Shown here in pieces: positions 1 to 8,082 of a stretch of 14,057 nt of DNA. The DNA comes from Bdellovibrionales bacterium. GTDB taxonomy: Bacteria > Bdellovibrionota > Bdellovibrionia > Bdellovibrionales > UBA840. The notes beneath the pieces were generated by a model. The model was not told the DNA's origin. It saw nothing but the letters and a program-made list of their open reading frames with translations, and ran no database searches. A program made the position numbers and the translations under genes. Position 1 is the stretch's first letter, and every line of letters begins with the position of its first letter. The stretch is taken from NCBI GenBank assembly GCA_037969075.1, contig JBBKWS010000055.1:1-14057 (forward strand), given 5' to 3'.

Positions 1-23
1 TTTTTTAGTTCGTTCTCTCTCCT

Positions 24-58
24 TGATGAGCTGGAATTTGCCAGCTCATCACTTTTTT
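24..58. terminator. 11-bp perfect hairpin downstream of the porin gene; T-tract on the + strand
   Basis: TGATGAGCTGG (24-34), 6-nt loop, CCAGCTCATCA (41-51), then CTTTTTT (52-58). On the minus strand there is no U-tract after the stem. Confidence 0.6.
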
Positions 59-66
59 AGAGAGCT

Positions 67-1464
67 TTAGAATTTAACAGCCATTCCAAGTTGAAAACCA
101 TAAATCGATGAATCATCAAAGTTATTTGCTCCGCCTTTAAACGCCTCGCCTGGCATTAGATAAGCCGAATCAAAACGAAACTCAAAACGATCAAACGGGG
201 TATATGCAAAACCTAAATCAATCTCATATCCTAGATCCTTTTTGGCGTCCGTTGCGGTATAAGGCTCTTCTATCAATTTTGCATAAATAAATCTAGAGTG
301 TATGGCCCAACGATCATTCATTGTATAACGAAGACCTGGCGCAAAATACATAGCATTACTTAGAACAGCACTATCCACATCTGCTGATTTAAATTCACCG
401 GCTGTATCCGAGTTAAGAACATTTAACTTACCCAACGGATGATTAAATAATAACATTCCGACTTGATAATTTCGATCCGCAACAAAGCCTTCGTATACGC
501 TATCAGTAGATTGATCATCACCTGTTATCATACCCGCTTTTAGATCTACAACCCATTTAGCGTTAGCCTTATAGTGAAGTTCAGTTGCAATCGCATAGGC
601 ATCGATATCGATCTTCTCGCCAACGCTATTTAAGACCCCAGTGTCTCCACTATTAAAAGCAATCTCTATCCCAAAGCCAAAATTTTCATAATCTTTTTGC
701 GCAAATAAATTCCAGTTTTGGTGTTTATAGCCTTCCCAGTCTTTCGATACATCACCAGAACCATAGGCAGCTCCCGTTTTTTCTAGGCCACTAGAGTTTT
801 TTCGTTCCTCATAATAGGCCCCTAACTTTAAGTCAGTTTCTGGGTTTGTGTACTCAACCTTTAAGCCGTACTCTTGTGTGTCAGTATTATTTTTATTAAC
901 TGCACCCTCATCTAATTTTGCGTAATATGGCATAATGCTCATATTGCCTACAGCAAAACGGTACCCTACTAAATCATGTGTATCCATCCAGTGATCAAAC
1001 AAACCATCGCCAGCACTATAAGTAAGTCCTAGTCCAAAGCCTTTTGGTGCTCGGCCAACAATAAGCGCGCCGTATTCTTGCGCCCAAGTTAAGTACAACT
1101 GACTCACATTTAAATACGATACCTTTTGATTGTTTCCGATAGTTCTAGAATTATCTTCACTCGCCGCTTTTGTTGCATCGGTGTCAGCGGCACTTCCTAA
1201 ATAACTGCCCAGCGCATTTGAATAGTTCGAATATGGGCTATCTTCATTATTTAAAATATCAAATCTGCCTTGAATATGAAGACCATCAGCAGCGATAATC
1301 TTTGGCTTTAAAACCAAGTGATGTAAAAAGTAGTTTTTAGAATCATCATCAGCATTTATATTTTTAACATAAACACTTTCAAAACGATAAACCCCTGACC
1401 AATCCACTGAATTAGCAGAAGCACTTGCAGCAGCCAATACTATTAAAACACTAAATAATTTCAT
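67..1464 (-). CDS. Outer-membrane beta-barrel protein / putative porin (465 aa)
   Basis: Sec signal peptide (MKLFSVLIVLAAASASA), alternating amphipathic aromatic-rich strands, C-terminal beta-signal FQLGMAVKF ending in Phe. A GGAG SD lies within the last codons of the upstream groES gene. Confidence 0.8.
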   Translation of the reverse strand: MKLFSVLIVLAAASASANSVDWSGVYRFESVYVKNINADDDSKNYFLHHLVLKPKIIAADGLHIQGRFDILNNEDSPYSNYSNALGSYLGSAADTDATKAASEDNSRTIGNNQKVSYLNVSQLYLTWAQEYGALIVGRAPKGFGLGLTYSAGDGLFDHWMDTHDLVGYRFAVGNMSIMPYYAKLDEGAVNKNNTDTQEYGLKVEYTNPETDLKLGAYYEERKNSSGLEKTGAAYGSGDVSKDWEGYKHQNWNLFAQKDYENFGFGIEIAFNSGDTGVLNSVGEKIDIDAYAIATELHYKANAKWVVDLKAGMITGDDQSTDSVYEGFVADRNYQVGMLLFNHPLGKLNVLNSDTAGEFKSADVDSAVLSNAMYFAPGLRYTMNDRWAIHSRFIYAKLIEEPYTATDAKKDLGYEIDLGFAYTPFDRFEFRFDSAYLMPGEAFKGGANNFDDSSIYGFQLGMAVKF

Positions 1465-1466
1465 TT

Positions 1467-2033
1467 CTACTCCATAATCCCTAAAATTTCTTCTTCTCTA
1501 ACAATTGTAAGCTCTTGATTCTCTACTTTTATATTACTTCCCGAGTATGCACTTAAAAAAATAACGTCGCCCTCTTTTACATCTAGCGGTTGCAAGCTAC
1601 CCTTTTTAGTAACTAAGCCCTTACCTACTGCCAAAACTTTCGCCTTTGCGTATGTCGTGCTACTAGCTTCTTCACCTAAATATAACCCGCTTTTTGTAAC
1701 TACTTCTTGTTTTATTTTTTCGATCAATACTCTGTCATAAAGAGGTGATAAATATTTTTGCCAATTTTTAACAAGCTTTGCCGTAGTTGCCACGGGCTTT
1801 GCAGTCTTAATTACTTTTGTTGCCTTAGCCACTTTTACTTTTTTAGTTGTTTTGCTCGGCTTCTTTTTGTTGAGAGTTTTTTTTGCGGCCGTTTTTTTTG
1901 CCGTGGGTTTTGCTACCTTTTTTTTAACCTTCATAACTTTTTTAGCAGTTTTTTTAACAGGCTTTTTTGCTGCTGTTTTTTTACTGGCTTTGGTTTTAAC
2001 TTTTGTCTTCTTAGCTTTTGCTTTTTTTGCCAC
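1467..2033 (-). CDS. groES: GroES/Cpn10 co-chaperonin with N-terminal histone H1-like Lys/Ala-rich extension (188 aa, GTG start)
   Basis: The C-terminal ~95 aa have Cpn10 motifs (LSPLYDRVLIE, TKSGLYL mobile loop, VLAVGKG, DVKEGDVI, REEEILG). The N-terminal 90 aa contain 38 Lys and no acidic residue. AGGAG (2045-2041) lies 7 nt before the GTG. Confidence 0.88.
   Translation of the reverse strand: MAKKAKAKKTKVKTKASKKTAAKKPVKKTAKKVMKVKKKVAKPTAKKTAAKKTLNKKKPSKTTKKVKVAKATKVIKTAKPVATTAKLVKNWQKYLSPLYDRVLIEKIKQEVVTKSGLYLGEEASSTTYAKAKVLAVGKGLVTKKGSLQPLDVKEGDVIFLSAYSGSNIKVENQELTIVREEEILGIME
1764..2030 (-). repeat. Low-complexity AKK/TAKK/KKP-type repeats encoding the basic tail
   Basis: T-run-rich + strand; the translation has repeated KKTA(A)KK units. 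Confidence 0.8.
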
Positions 2034-2061
2034 TCGGTAGCTCCTAAAAATTGATTGGCTT

Positions 2062-2091
2062 AGACTATGAGTCCTAGTATTTTAATGTCAA
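2062..2091 (-). promoter_or_regulatory. Sigma70-type promoter for the groES-porin operon
   Basis: Minus strand TTGACA (2091-2086), 18-nt spacer, TAGTCT (2067-2062), just upstream of the AGGAG SD. Confidence 0.6.
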
Positions 2092-2172
2092 GAAAAAGGC
2101 ATCTTACAGAACTTGACGCAAGGCTAAGATTGTCGTGGTATTTTACTAGGTTCAAAGGTAAGGTAAATCTGC

Positions 2173-4455
2173 ATGAAAGCATGGCATGATTTCTTAAAAA
2201 ATGTAAAGCAGATACCCCGTCAGGCATATTTTGGCGTAGCCGGTTTATTACTAGCTATAGTAGTTATATTTAGTTTTTATTCTATCTATAAACTGCAAGA
2301 AACAATGCAAACCTCATTGCAAAATAAGCAACTAATTACTCCCATAGAATTTTACTCTGCCCCAGACACTATCTTTACATTTCAACGTATCAACAACGCC
2401 GATTTACTAGATACCATCAAAAAAGTTCTGCCTGATGATCAGTATGGAACACGTGATACTACTTCTTGTAAGCAACAATCAGGAATTCAAGGCGATATTT
2501 CTTTTTGTATTTATATTAATCTGACAGATGAGGCCGAGAATCCCGGTAGATATTTGATAGGCGCTACAGCCACTGATGTCGCTTGGATCTATTCATTAGA
2601 AGAAAAACGTCCTAAATACAACATAGAGCTCTTGCCACATCTGTTTGCGCAGTATTATGGAAATCGCCCCATATTAAAAACACCAGTACAACTCGGCGAC
2701 ACACCCGCTCTTTGTTTAAATTCTTTATTAGCCATAGAAGATAATGAGTTCTTAGAGCATAGCGGCTTTAGCGTAAAATCCATCTTTCGTGCCCTCATTA
2801 AAAATGTCATCGAAGGAAGGAAAGCTCAGGGCGGCAGTACGATCACACAACAGTTGGTAAAAAATTATTTTCTAACCCATGAGAAGACCTATATTAGAAA
2901 ATTAAAAGAACTTATTATGGCAGTTCTGTTAGAAACACAATTTTCTAAAGACCAAATCCTAGAAGCCTACATTAATGAAATTTATATGGGCCAAAACGGA
3001 ACTTTTGAAATTCGTGGTTTTGGTTCTGCCAGCGAATTCTATTTTCGCAAAAAATTACAAGAACTCAATCTATCTGAATGCGCATTGCTAGCTGCTATTA
3101 TTAATAGCCCCGGTAGATATGATCCATTTACAAAACCTGATAATGCTACAACCAGAAGACAATTGGTCTTAGAAAAACTTAGAGATAACAACATCATTAG
3201 TAGTGATGATTTTAGCGCTGCCAACCAAGCAGAACTACCCTCTTTTTCTGAGCAAAAATTAGAAAGCCCTGCTCCATATTTTATGGAAGCTGTGATGGAG
3301 CAAATAGATAGCCTAGGTATCAAGAAAGAGCAGGGACTTCGCATCTATACTACTTTAAATTTAAGAGCGCAAAAAGCGGCCGAAGATGCTGTAAAGTATG
3401 GATTAGATCGTATTCGCACTGTTTACAAAGATCGTCTTCCTAAGGGTGATAAACCTTTACAGGCAGTCTTAATTTCAGCAGATCCTGTAACAGGTTATGT
3501 ACAATCATTAATTGGTGGAGCTAGTTATAAATATTATCCATACAATAGAGCTTTAAAAGCTCACAGACAAATTGGCTCTACAATGAAAGCCTTTGTATTT
3601 TTATCAGCCCTAGAAAGTTTTACGGAAGAAGGAAATCCTTTTACTCCATTAACCGTAATTCATGACGAAAGATTTACCACAAACTATGACAACACTAGCT
3701 GGAGCCCTAAGAATTTTGAAAATAAATATTTCGGTGATGTTCCAATGTTTTTTGCTCTCAAAAACTCATTAAATTGCGCTACCTCAAAACTAGCAATAGA
3801 TACGGGTTTAGAGTCTATTGTGACCGTAGCAAGAAGCTTCGGCATTACTTCACCTATGCAACCGGTGCCAGCGCTTAGCTTAGGAGCTTTCGAATTATAT
3901 CCATGGGAACTTTTGCAAGCTTACTTAACCATAGCCAGGATGGGCTCCTACATTCCAATCACGTACATCAGGTATGTTACAGATCTGGATGATGACACCT
4001 TGTTTGAACAAATACCTAGAGTCGAACAAGTTTTTAGTAAATCAAAAGTAGCAGTACTAATTGGCATGATGAAACAAACTGTTGAAAATGGTACAGGAAA
4101 ACTCGCCAGACTACTTGGATTCAAATCTCCTGCTGCCGGTAAGACGGGAACAACTTCTGATTCTAGAGACTCATGGTTTGCTGGCTTTACTCCTAATCAC
4201 GTAGCGATTACCTGGGTGGGCTATGATGATAACACTACCCATAATTTAACAGGCGCAAGTGGCGCCCTACCAATTTGGGCTCAATATATGAAAACCTATG
4301 GCCAGCAGTTTCCTGATACTGATTTTAATTGGCCTGATGAGGTTTACCCGTTAGATCTCAGTGAATCACAATTAGAAGACTTAGGCATCAGTGCTGAAGA
4401 AACTGCAAAAATGGGTGATATCCAAATAATTTTAGAAAAGAATCAGTCTGAATAA
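2173..4455 (+). CDS. mrcB: Class A penicillin-binding protein, bifunctional transglycosylase/transpeptidase (PBP1B-like)
   Basis: N-terminal TM anchor; GT51 motifs AIEDxxFxxHxG, GGSTITQQLVKN, RKLKE; transpeptidase motifs SxxK (STMK), SxN (SLN) and KTGT. The 1B versus 1A assignment is less certain. Confidence 0.9.
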   Translation: MKAWHDFLKNVKQIPRQAYFGVAGLLLAIVVIFSFYSIYKLQETMQTSLQNKQLITPIEFYSAPDTIFTFQRINNADLLDTIKKVLPDDQYGTRDTTSCKQQSGIQGDISFCIYINLTDEAENPGRYLIGATATDVAWIYSLEEKRPKYNIELLPHLFAQYYGNRPILKTPVQLGDTPALCLNSLLAIEDNEFLEHSGFSVKSIFRALIKNVIEGRKAQGGSTITQQLVKNYFLTHEKTYIRKLKELIMAVLLETQFSKDQILEAYINEIYMGQNGTFEIRGFGSASEFYFRKKLQELNLSECALLAAIINSPGRYDPFTKPDNATTRRQLVLEKLRDNNIISSDDFSAANQAELPSFSEQKLESPAPYFMEAVMEQIDSLGIKKEQGLRIYTTLNLRAQKAAEDAVKYGLDRIRTVYKDRLPKGDKPLQAVLISADPVTGYVQSLIGGASYKYYPYNRALKAHRQIGSTMKAFVFLSALESFTEEGNPFTPLTVIHDERFTTNYDNTSWSPKNFENKYFGDVPMFFALKNSLNCATSKLAIDTGLESIVTVARSFGITSPMQPVPALSLGAFELYPWELLQAYLTIARMGSYIPITYIRYVTDLDDDTLFEQIPRVEQVFSKSKVAVLIGMMKQTVENGTGKLARLLGFKSPAAGKTGTTSDSRDSWFAGFTPNHVAITWVGYDDNTTHNLTGASGALPIWAQYMKTYGQQFPDTDFNWPDEVYPLDLSESQLEDLGISAEETAKMGDIQIILEKNQSE

Positions 4456-4461
4456 CTAAGT

Positions 4462-4480
4462 TGGCACCCCCTTTGCTCTA
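4462..4480 (+). promoter_or_regulatory. Sigma54 (RpoN) -24/-12 promoter
   Basis: TGGCAC-N5-TTGCT with GG at 4463-4464 and GC at 4475-4476 (exact GG-N10-GC spacing). Predicted +1 near 4488, upstream of the SD and ATG 4512. Confidence 0.85.
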
Positions 4481-4511
4481 TATGAGCTTGATACTCAAAA
4501 AAGGGGACAAA

Positions 4512-4649
4512 ATGAAATCACTTCAGATACTGAGCATTTTAGTTTTAGCAGTTGTAGCCATTACACTTAGCGCATCAGAAACACTAGATAAAAGCAAAAT
4601 TGAGAAAGATAAGTCTAGAGGTTGTGTAATCTGTTCTGAGGAGCAGTAG
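4512..4649 (+). CDS. Small secreted or membrane-anchored peptide with C-terminal CxxC (45 aa)
   Basis: SD AAGGGG 4501-4506, ATG 4512; MKSLQILSILVLAVVAITLSA-SETLDKSKIEKDKSRGCVICSEEQ. The ORF-track start at 4461 overlaps the sigma54 promoter and is rejected. Confidence 0.72.
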   Translation: MKSLQILSILVLAVVAITLSASETLDKSKIEKDKSRGCVICSEEQ

Positions 4650-4653
4650 GAAT

Positions 4654-4672
4654 TGTAAAAACATCTTTTACA
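4654..4672. promoter_or_regulatory. Inverted repeat TGTAAAA-N5-TTTTACA (operator/enhancer or RNA hairpin)
   Basis: Perfect 7-bp arms, extendable with a bulge to AGGA..TCCT, immediately after the peptide stop codon. Confidence 0.4.
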
Positions 4673-4709
4673 TCCTCAACTAAAAAATGAAATTTTTGTT
4701 ATTATATCG

Positions 4710-4755
4710 AAATTATGGGTGGCTTTTTGACCCTAATTTTTTTCAATGTTATCTC
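4710..4755 (+). promoter_or_regulatory. Imperfect hairpin with T-tract overlapping a possible sigma70 promoter for the kinase
   Basis: AAATTATGGGT/ACCCTAATTT arms with T7 at 4737-4743. Also TTGACC (4727-4732), 17-nt spacer, TATCTC (4750-4755) preceded by an extended -10 TG. Confidence 0.35.
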
Positions 4756-4802
4756 CTAAGTGGTGCCAAATGAAACTCATTTGGACTTTCGGGGGAAATT
4801 TT

Positions 4803-6629
4803 TTGGCTAAATTTCGTAAACGCGACTACTTTTATCAAATCCTAAAGGTATCATTAGGTTTAGTAATTGCTTTTATTTTATGCCAATTTCCACTCTATTA
4901 TCTTGAGTTTTTTGGCTATGATCTTATGCAGAGGCTCCGCCCCGCCACCCAGACCACCAATGCGATAGCTATAGTTGCCATTGATAGCCGAACCCTTGGA
5001 CAATTAAATCGTGCCCCTGATCTACTAGAGCATACCGAGGCCTTACGAAATATTTATTTAGAAAGACCTCGAGCTGTCGTTTATTTAGAAGATCCAAGCA
5101 CCTTAAAAGGAAGTTTTTCAACACGAAAAGACTTTGCTCGTATTGCCACTTCTTTTCCTTTTTTCTCTGTGTCCATACCCGACCTTGAAGTTGATGGTAA
5201 CACCGAAAAATTTCAACTTCCTTATCCGTTAGATATCCTACCTACACACCAAGGTATTTTAAGTGAAGACAAAGTTAACTTTGGCGGTGATGGGGTATCA
5301 AGGCGAGGAATTATTTCTTATGAAGGAAAATGGTTCATACATCCTTTAGCTGCTCAAACTGTTACCGGCCCGATGCGTCCTCAAGACTACAAGGGCACAT
5401 TTGACTTCAAAGGCTCTAAGCAAGTTTTAGTTAATATGCATCAAAAAAACTCTTTTCCTAAAGTGAGTTTTTTTGATGTTATGCAAGGTCGCTTTGCCTT
5501 TGGTGAGTTCACCAACAAGATCGTACTAATTGGTAGGGCTTCGGATTACGACTCGCCTGATTTTGTAAGAAGTGTATACTCAAGAGATATAACGGCCCTA
5601 CCTACCGTTGAATACCATGCAAATATCATCGATACCTTGATTGCTAACAACGGCATTACGCAAGCTCCTAGTTGGTGGAATTTACTAATGACAATTCTTG
5701 TTTCTTTAATGGCAGTTTTTTTTACTTTTAAACTTAGCCCACTTAAAGGGCTTGTTTTTATAATGTCCACTGCCGCAGTCTACTCAGCCTTAACTTTCGG
5801 GGCTTTTTGGATGTTTGATTTTTGGATGAATTTAGCTCACCCACTCCTTGCTGTTTTTATCACTTATTACTTTTTTATTCCTTATCGACTTATTAGTGAG
5901 AGTAAGAAATCTTGGGAGTACCAACAAAAAAACGTATTACTAACTCAAGTAGAAGAACTTAAAAATAATTTTATCAGCATGATGTCACATGACCTAAAAA
6001 CTCCTATAGCAAGAATCCAAGGAATGGCTGAGATGGCCTTGCATAGTCTACAGCAAGAAAACGATAAGCCAAAACATGCTTTAGAGAGCATCTGCAGCTC
6101 TACGGAAGAATTAACTTTATTTATAAACTCTATTTTAAATTTAAGTCGCGTTGAGAGTAAGGGCGTAAAATTACATTTAGAGAGTAGAGATATTAATGCC
6201 CTGATCAAAGAAGTAGTGGCTAAAAACCAATTTCAGGCCGAGAAAAGGGGTATTCAAATACTCTTCGAACCTGAACCTTTGTTTTCAATCAAAGTGGATG
6301 TGGATCTAATGAGACAAGTGATTCACAACGTAGTTGAAAACGCTGTCAAATACAGTTCTGACAACTCTAAAGTATTGATCACAACCGAAGAAGTGAATGG
6401 TGAAATTCTTTTACAAATTTCTGATCAGGGTATGGGAATTTCTACAGACGACATAGATAAAATTTTTTACAAATTTTATCGTTCAAAAAATGCCAAGTCT
6501 TCACCCATTAGAGGGAGCGGCCTTGGATTATATTTATCCGACTATTTTGTAAAATTGCACAATGGTAAAATTCAAGTTGAAAGCGTGCCAGATCAAGGCT
6601 CTACTTTCACAGTTAGTTTGCCGTTTTAG
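4803..6629 (+). CDS. CHASE2-domain sensor histidine kinase
   Basis: N-terminal TM; CHASE2-like periplasmic region (IAIVAID, DGVSRR, FTNKIVLIG, VEYHANIIDTL); three TMs; HisKA SHDLKTP; HATPase ENAVKYS, DQGMGI, GSGLGL, GSTF. TTG 4803 is preferred as start (GGGGG SD 7 nt upstream); alternatives are ATG 4746 and 4770. Confidence 0.9.
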   Translation: MAKFRKRDYFYQILKVSLGLVIAFILCQFPLYYLEFFGYDLMQRLRPATQTTNAIAIVAIDSRTLGQLNRAPDLLEHTEALRNIYLERPRAVVYLEDPSTLKGSFSTRKDFARIATSFPFFSVSIPDLEVDGNTEKFQLPYPLDILPTHQGILSEDKVNFGGDGVSRRGIISYEGKWFIHPLAAQTVTGPMRPQDYKGTFDFKGSKQVLVNMHQKNSFPKVSFFDVMQGRFAFGEFTNKIVLIGRASDYDSPDFVRSVYSRDITALPTVEYHANIIDTLIANNGITQAPSWWNLLMTILVSLMAVFFTFKLSPLKGLVFIMSTAAVYSALTFGAFWMFDFWMNLAHPLLAVFITYYFFIPYRLISESKKSWEYQQKNVLLTQVEELKNNFISMMSHDLKTPIARIQGMAEMALHSLQQENDKPKHALESICSSTEELTLFINSILNLSRVESKGVKLHLESRDINALIKEVVAKNQFQAEKRGIQILFEPEPLFSIKVDVDLMRQVIHNVVENAVKYSSDNSKVLITTEEVNGEILLQISDQGMGISTDDIDKIFYKFYRSKNAKSSPIRGSGLGLYLSDYFVKLHNGKIQVESVPDQGSTFTVSLPF

Positions 6630-6643
6630 TTTTGGGGGGATTT

Positions 6644-8080
6644 ATGTTGAAGTTATTAGTGGTAGATGATGATGCGGGCTTACGATTAAGCTTAGCCTCT
6701 AGTTTACATCAAACAGGAAGGTTTCAGGTTGAAGAAGCTGTGGATGGCGTCGACGCTGTCGAAAAAGTTACGACAGCGGATTCGAATTTTAATGTAGTGG
6801 TTTTAGACGTAGATATGCCAAGAATGAATGGCCTAGAAGCTCTGCAAAAATTAAAAGAACATGATCCTAGCCTTGTGATCATTATTCTTACGGCTCATGC
6901 CAATATTGAAGATGCTGTACGAGCAGTAAAAGAAGGTGCGTATGATTACATCTCAAAGCCTGTTCAGACAGTAGCTTTGATTGAAATGATCGATCGTGCC
7001 CTTCATGCGCATCAAATGATTAGTAATTTAATCTTTTCTGCACCGACCCTAATGGACGGATCGTCTAGATTTATTGGTAAAACGGTTGAAATGCAAAAAG
7101 TCTTTCACTTGATTCACCGACTTTCAAAAGTAGATACTCCAGTGATGATTCGAGGAGCTTCAGGTACCGGTAAAGAATTAGTTGCTAGAGCTATTCATAT
7201 GAACTCGGTTAGAAAAAATGAAAAGTTTGTGGCGATTAACTGCTCTGCCATTCCTGAAAATTTATTTGAATCTGAACTTTTTGGCCATGAAAAAGGTGCA
7301 TTTACTAGCGCTGACGCCAGAAAAATTGGTAAACTGCAATACGCTGAAGGCGGAACTCTATTTTTAGATGAATTGGGCGATCTACCTGTATTGATGCAAG
7401 TTAAACTACTACGAGTACTGCAGGAGAAAAAGTTTACTCCTGTTGGATCGAACCGTGAACAAGGAATGAATGTAAGAATCATTGCTGCTACTAACAGACC
7501 ACTAGAGCAAATGATACAAGAACAACGCTTTAGAGAAGATCTATTTTATAGATTGAATGTGATCCCTATATATCTTCCAGAACTAAAAGACAGAAAAAAT
7601 GATATCGATCTTTTAACCAATCATTTTTTAACTAAGTTCAATCAACAGCACAACCGAAAGGTGACTGGTTTGAGCCCTGAAGCCATGGCCATATTAAAAA
7701 AATATGACTGGCCAGGAAACATCAGAGAGCTAGAGAATGTAATTGAACATTGTTTTATTATGGAAACTGGCCATAGAATTAATATTCAATCACTTCCTGA
7801 AAAACTACTTTCAGCGCTTGGCATTCGCAGTAACACTGTCACTGTTGAGAATGTTGATGGACAAGAGGAGTCGGTTACATCTAACGTTGGCATTTTAATT
7901 ACAGATGACAAGCTAGACTTCAATAAACACAAAGAAATGTTTGAAAAGGAATTTATCATTAAGGCATTAAAGACGTTTGGCGGAAGAATCAATCAAACAG
8001 CTTTGCATGCAAATATTCCTAAGAAGACGCTTCTTAGAAAGATTGAAAAGTATGGTTTGATACCAAGAGATTATAAATAA
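6644..8080 (+). CDS. Sigma54-dependent response regulator (REC-AAA+-HTH, NtrC/AtoC family)
   Basis: Receiver VVDDD...LDVDMP; Walker A GASGTGKE; ESELFGHEKGAFTSA; Walker B LFLDE; RFREDLFYRLNV; WPGNIRELEN; C-terminal Fis-type HTH. ATG 6644 follows a G-rich SD. Confidence 0.95.
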   Translation: MLKLLVVDDDAGLRLSLASSLHQTGRFQVEEAVDGVDAVEKVTTADSNFNVVVLDVDMPRMNGLEALQKLKEHDPSLVIIILTAHANIEDAVRAVKEGAYDYISKPVQTVALIEMIDRALHAHQMISNLIFSAPTLMDGSSRFIGKTVEMQKVFHLIHRLSKVDTPVMIRGASGTGKELVARAIHMNSVRKNEKFVAINCSAIPENLFESELFGHEKGAFTSADARKIGKLQYAEGGTLFLDELGDLPVLMQVKLLRVLQEKKFTPVGSNREQGMNVRIIAATNRPLEQMIQEQRFREDLFYRLNVIPIYLPELKDRKNDIDLLTNHFLTKFNQQHNRKVTGLSPEAMAILKKYDWPGNIRELENVIEHCFIMETGHRINIQSLPEKLLSALGIRSNTVTVENVDGQEESVTSNVGILITDDKLDFNKHKEMFEKEFIIKALKTFGGRINQTALHANIPKKTLLRKIEKYGLIPRDYK

Positions 8081-8082
8081 AA

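Noticed and set aside
1758..2054. Phe-rich + strand ORFs (98 aa and 62 aa)
   Set aside because: Antisense shadows of the Lys-rich (AAA-codon) tail of the groES gene.
2113..2144. TTGACG...TGGTATTTT as the PBP promoter
   Set aside because: The -35/-10 spacer is 20 nt. Only the extended -10 is plausible, which is too weak to call.
4351..4358. TTAGATCT upstream of both sigma54 promoters (also 8624-8617 on the minus strand)
   Set aside because: An 8-bp AT-rich match at different distances, with one copy in coding sequence; compatible with chance.
4754..4769. Minus-strand TTGGCAC as a third sigma54 promoter
   Set aside because: The -12 position reads GA rather than GC.
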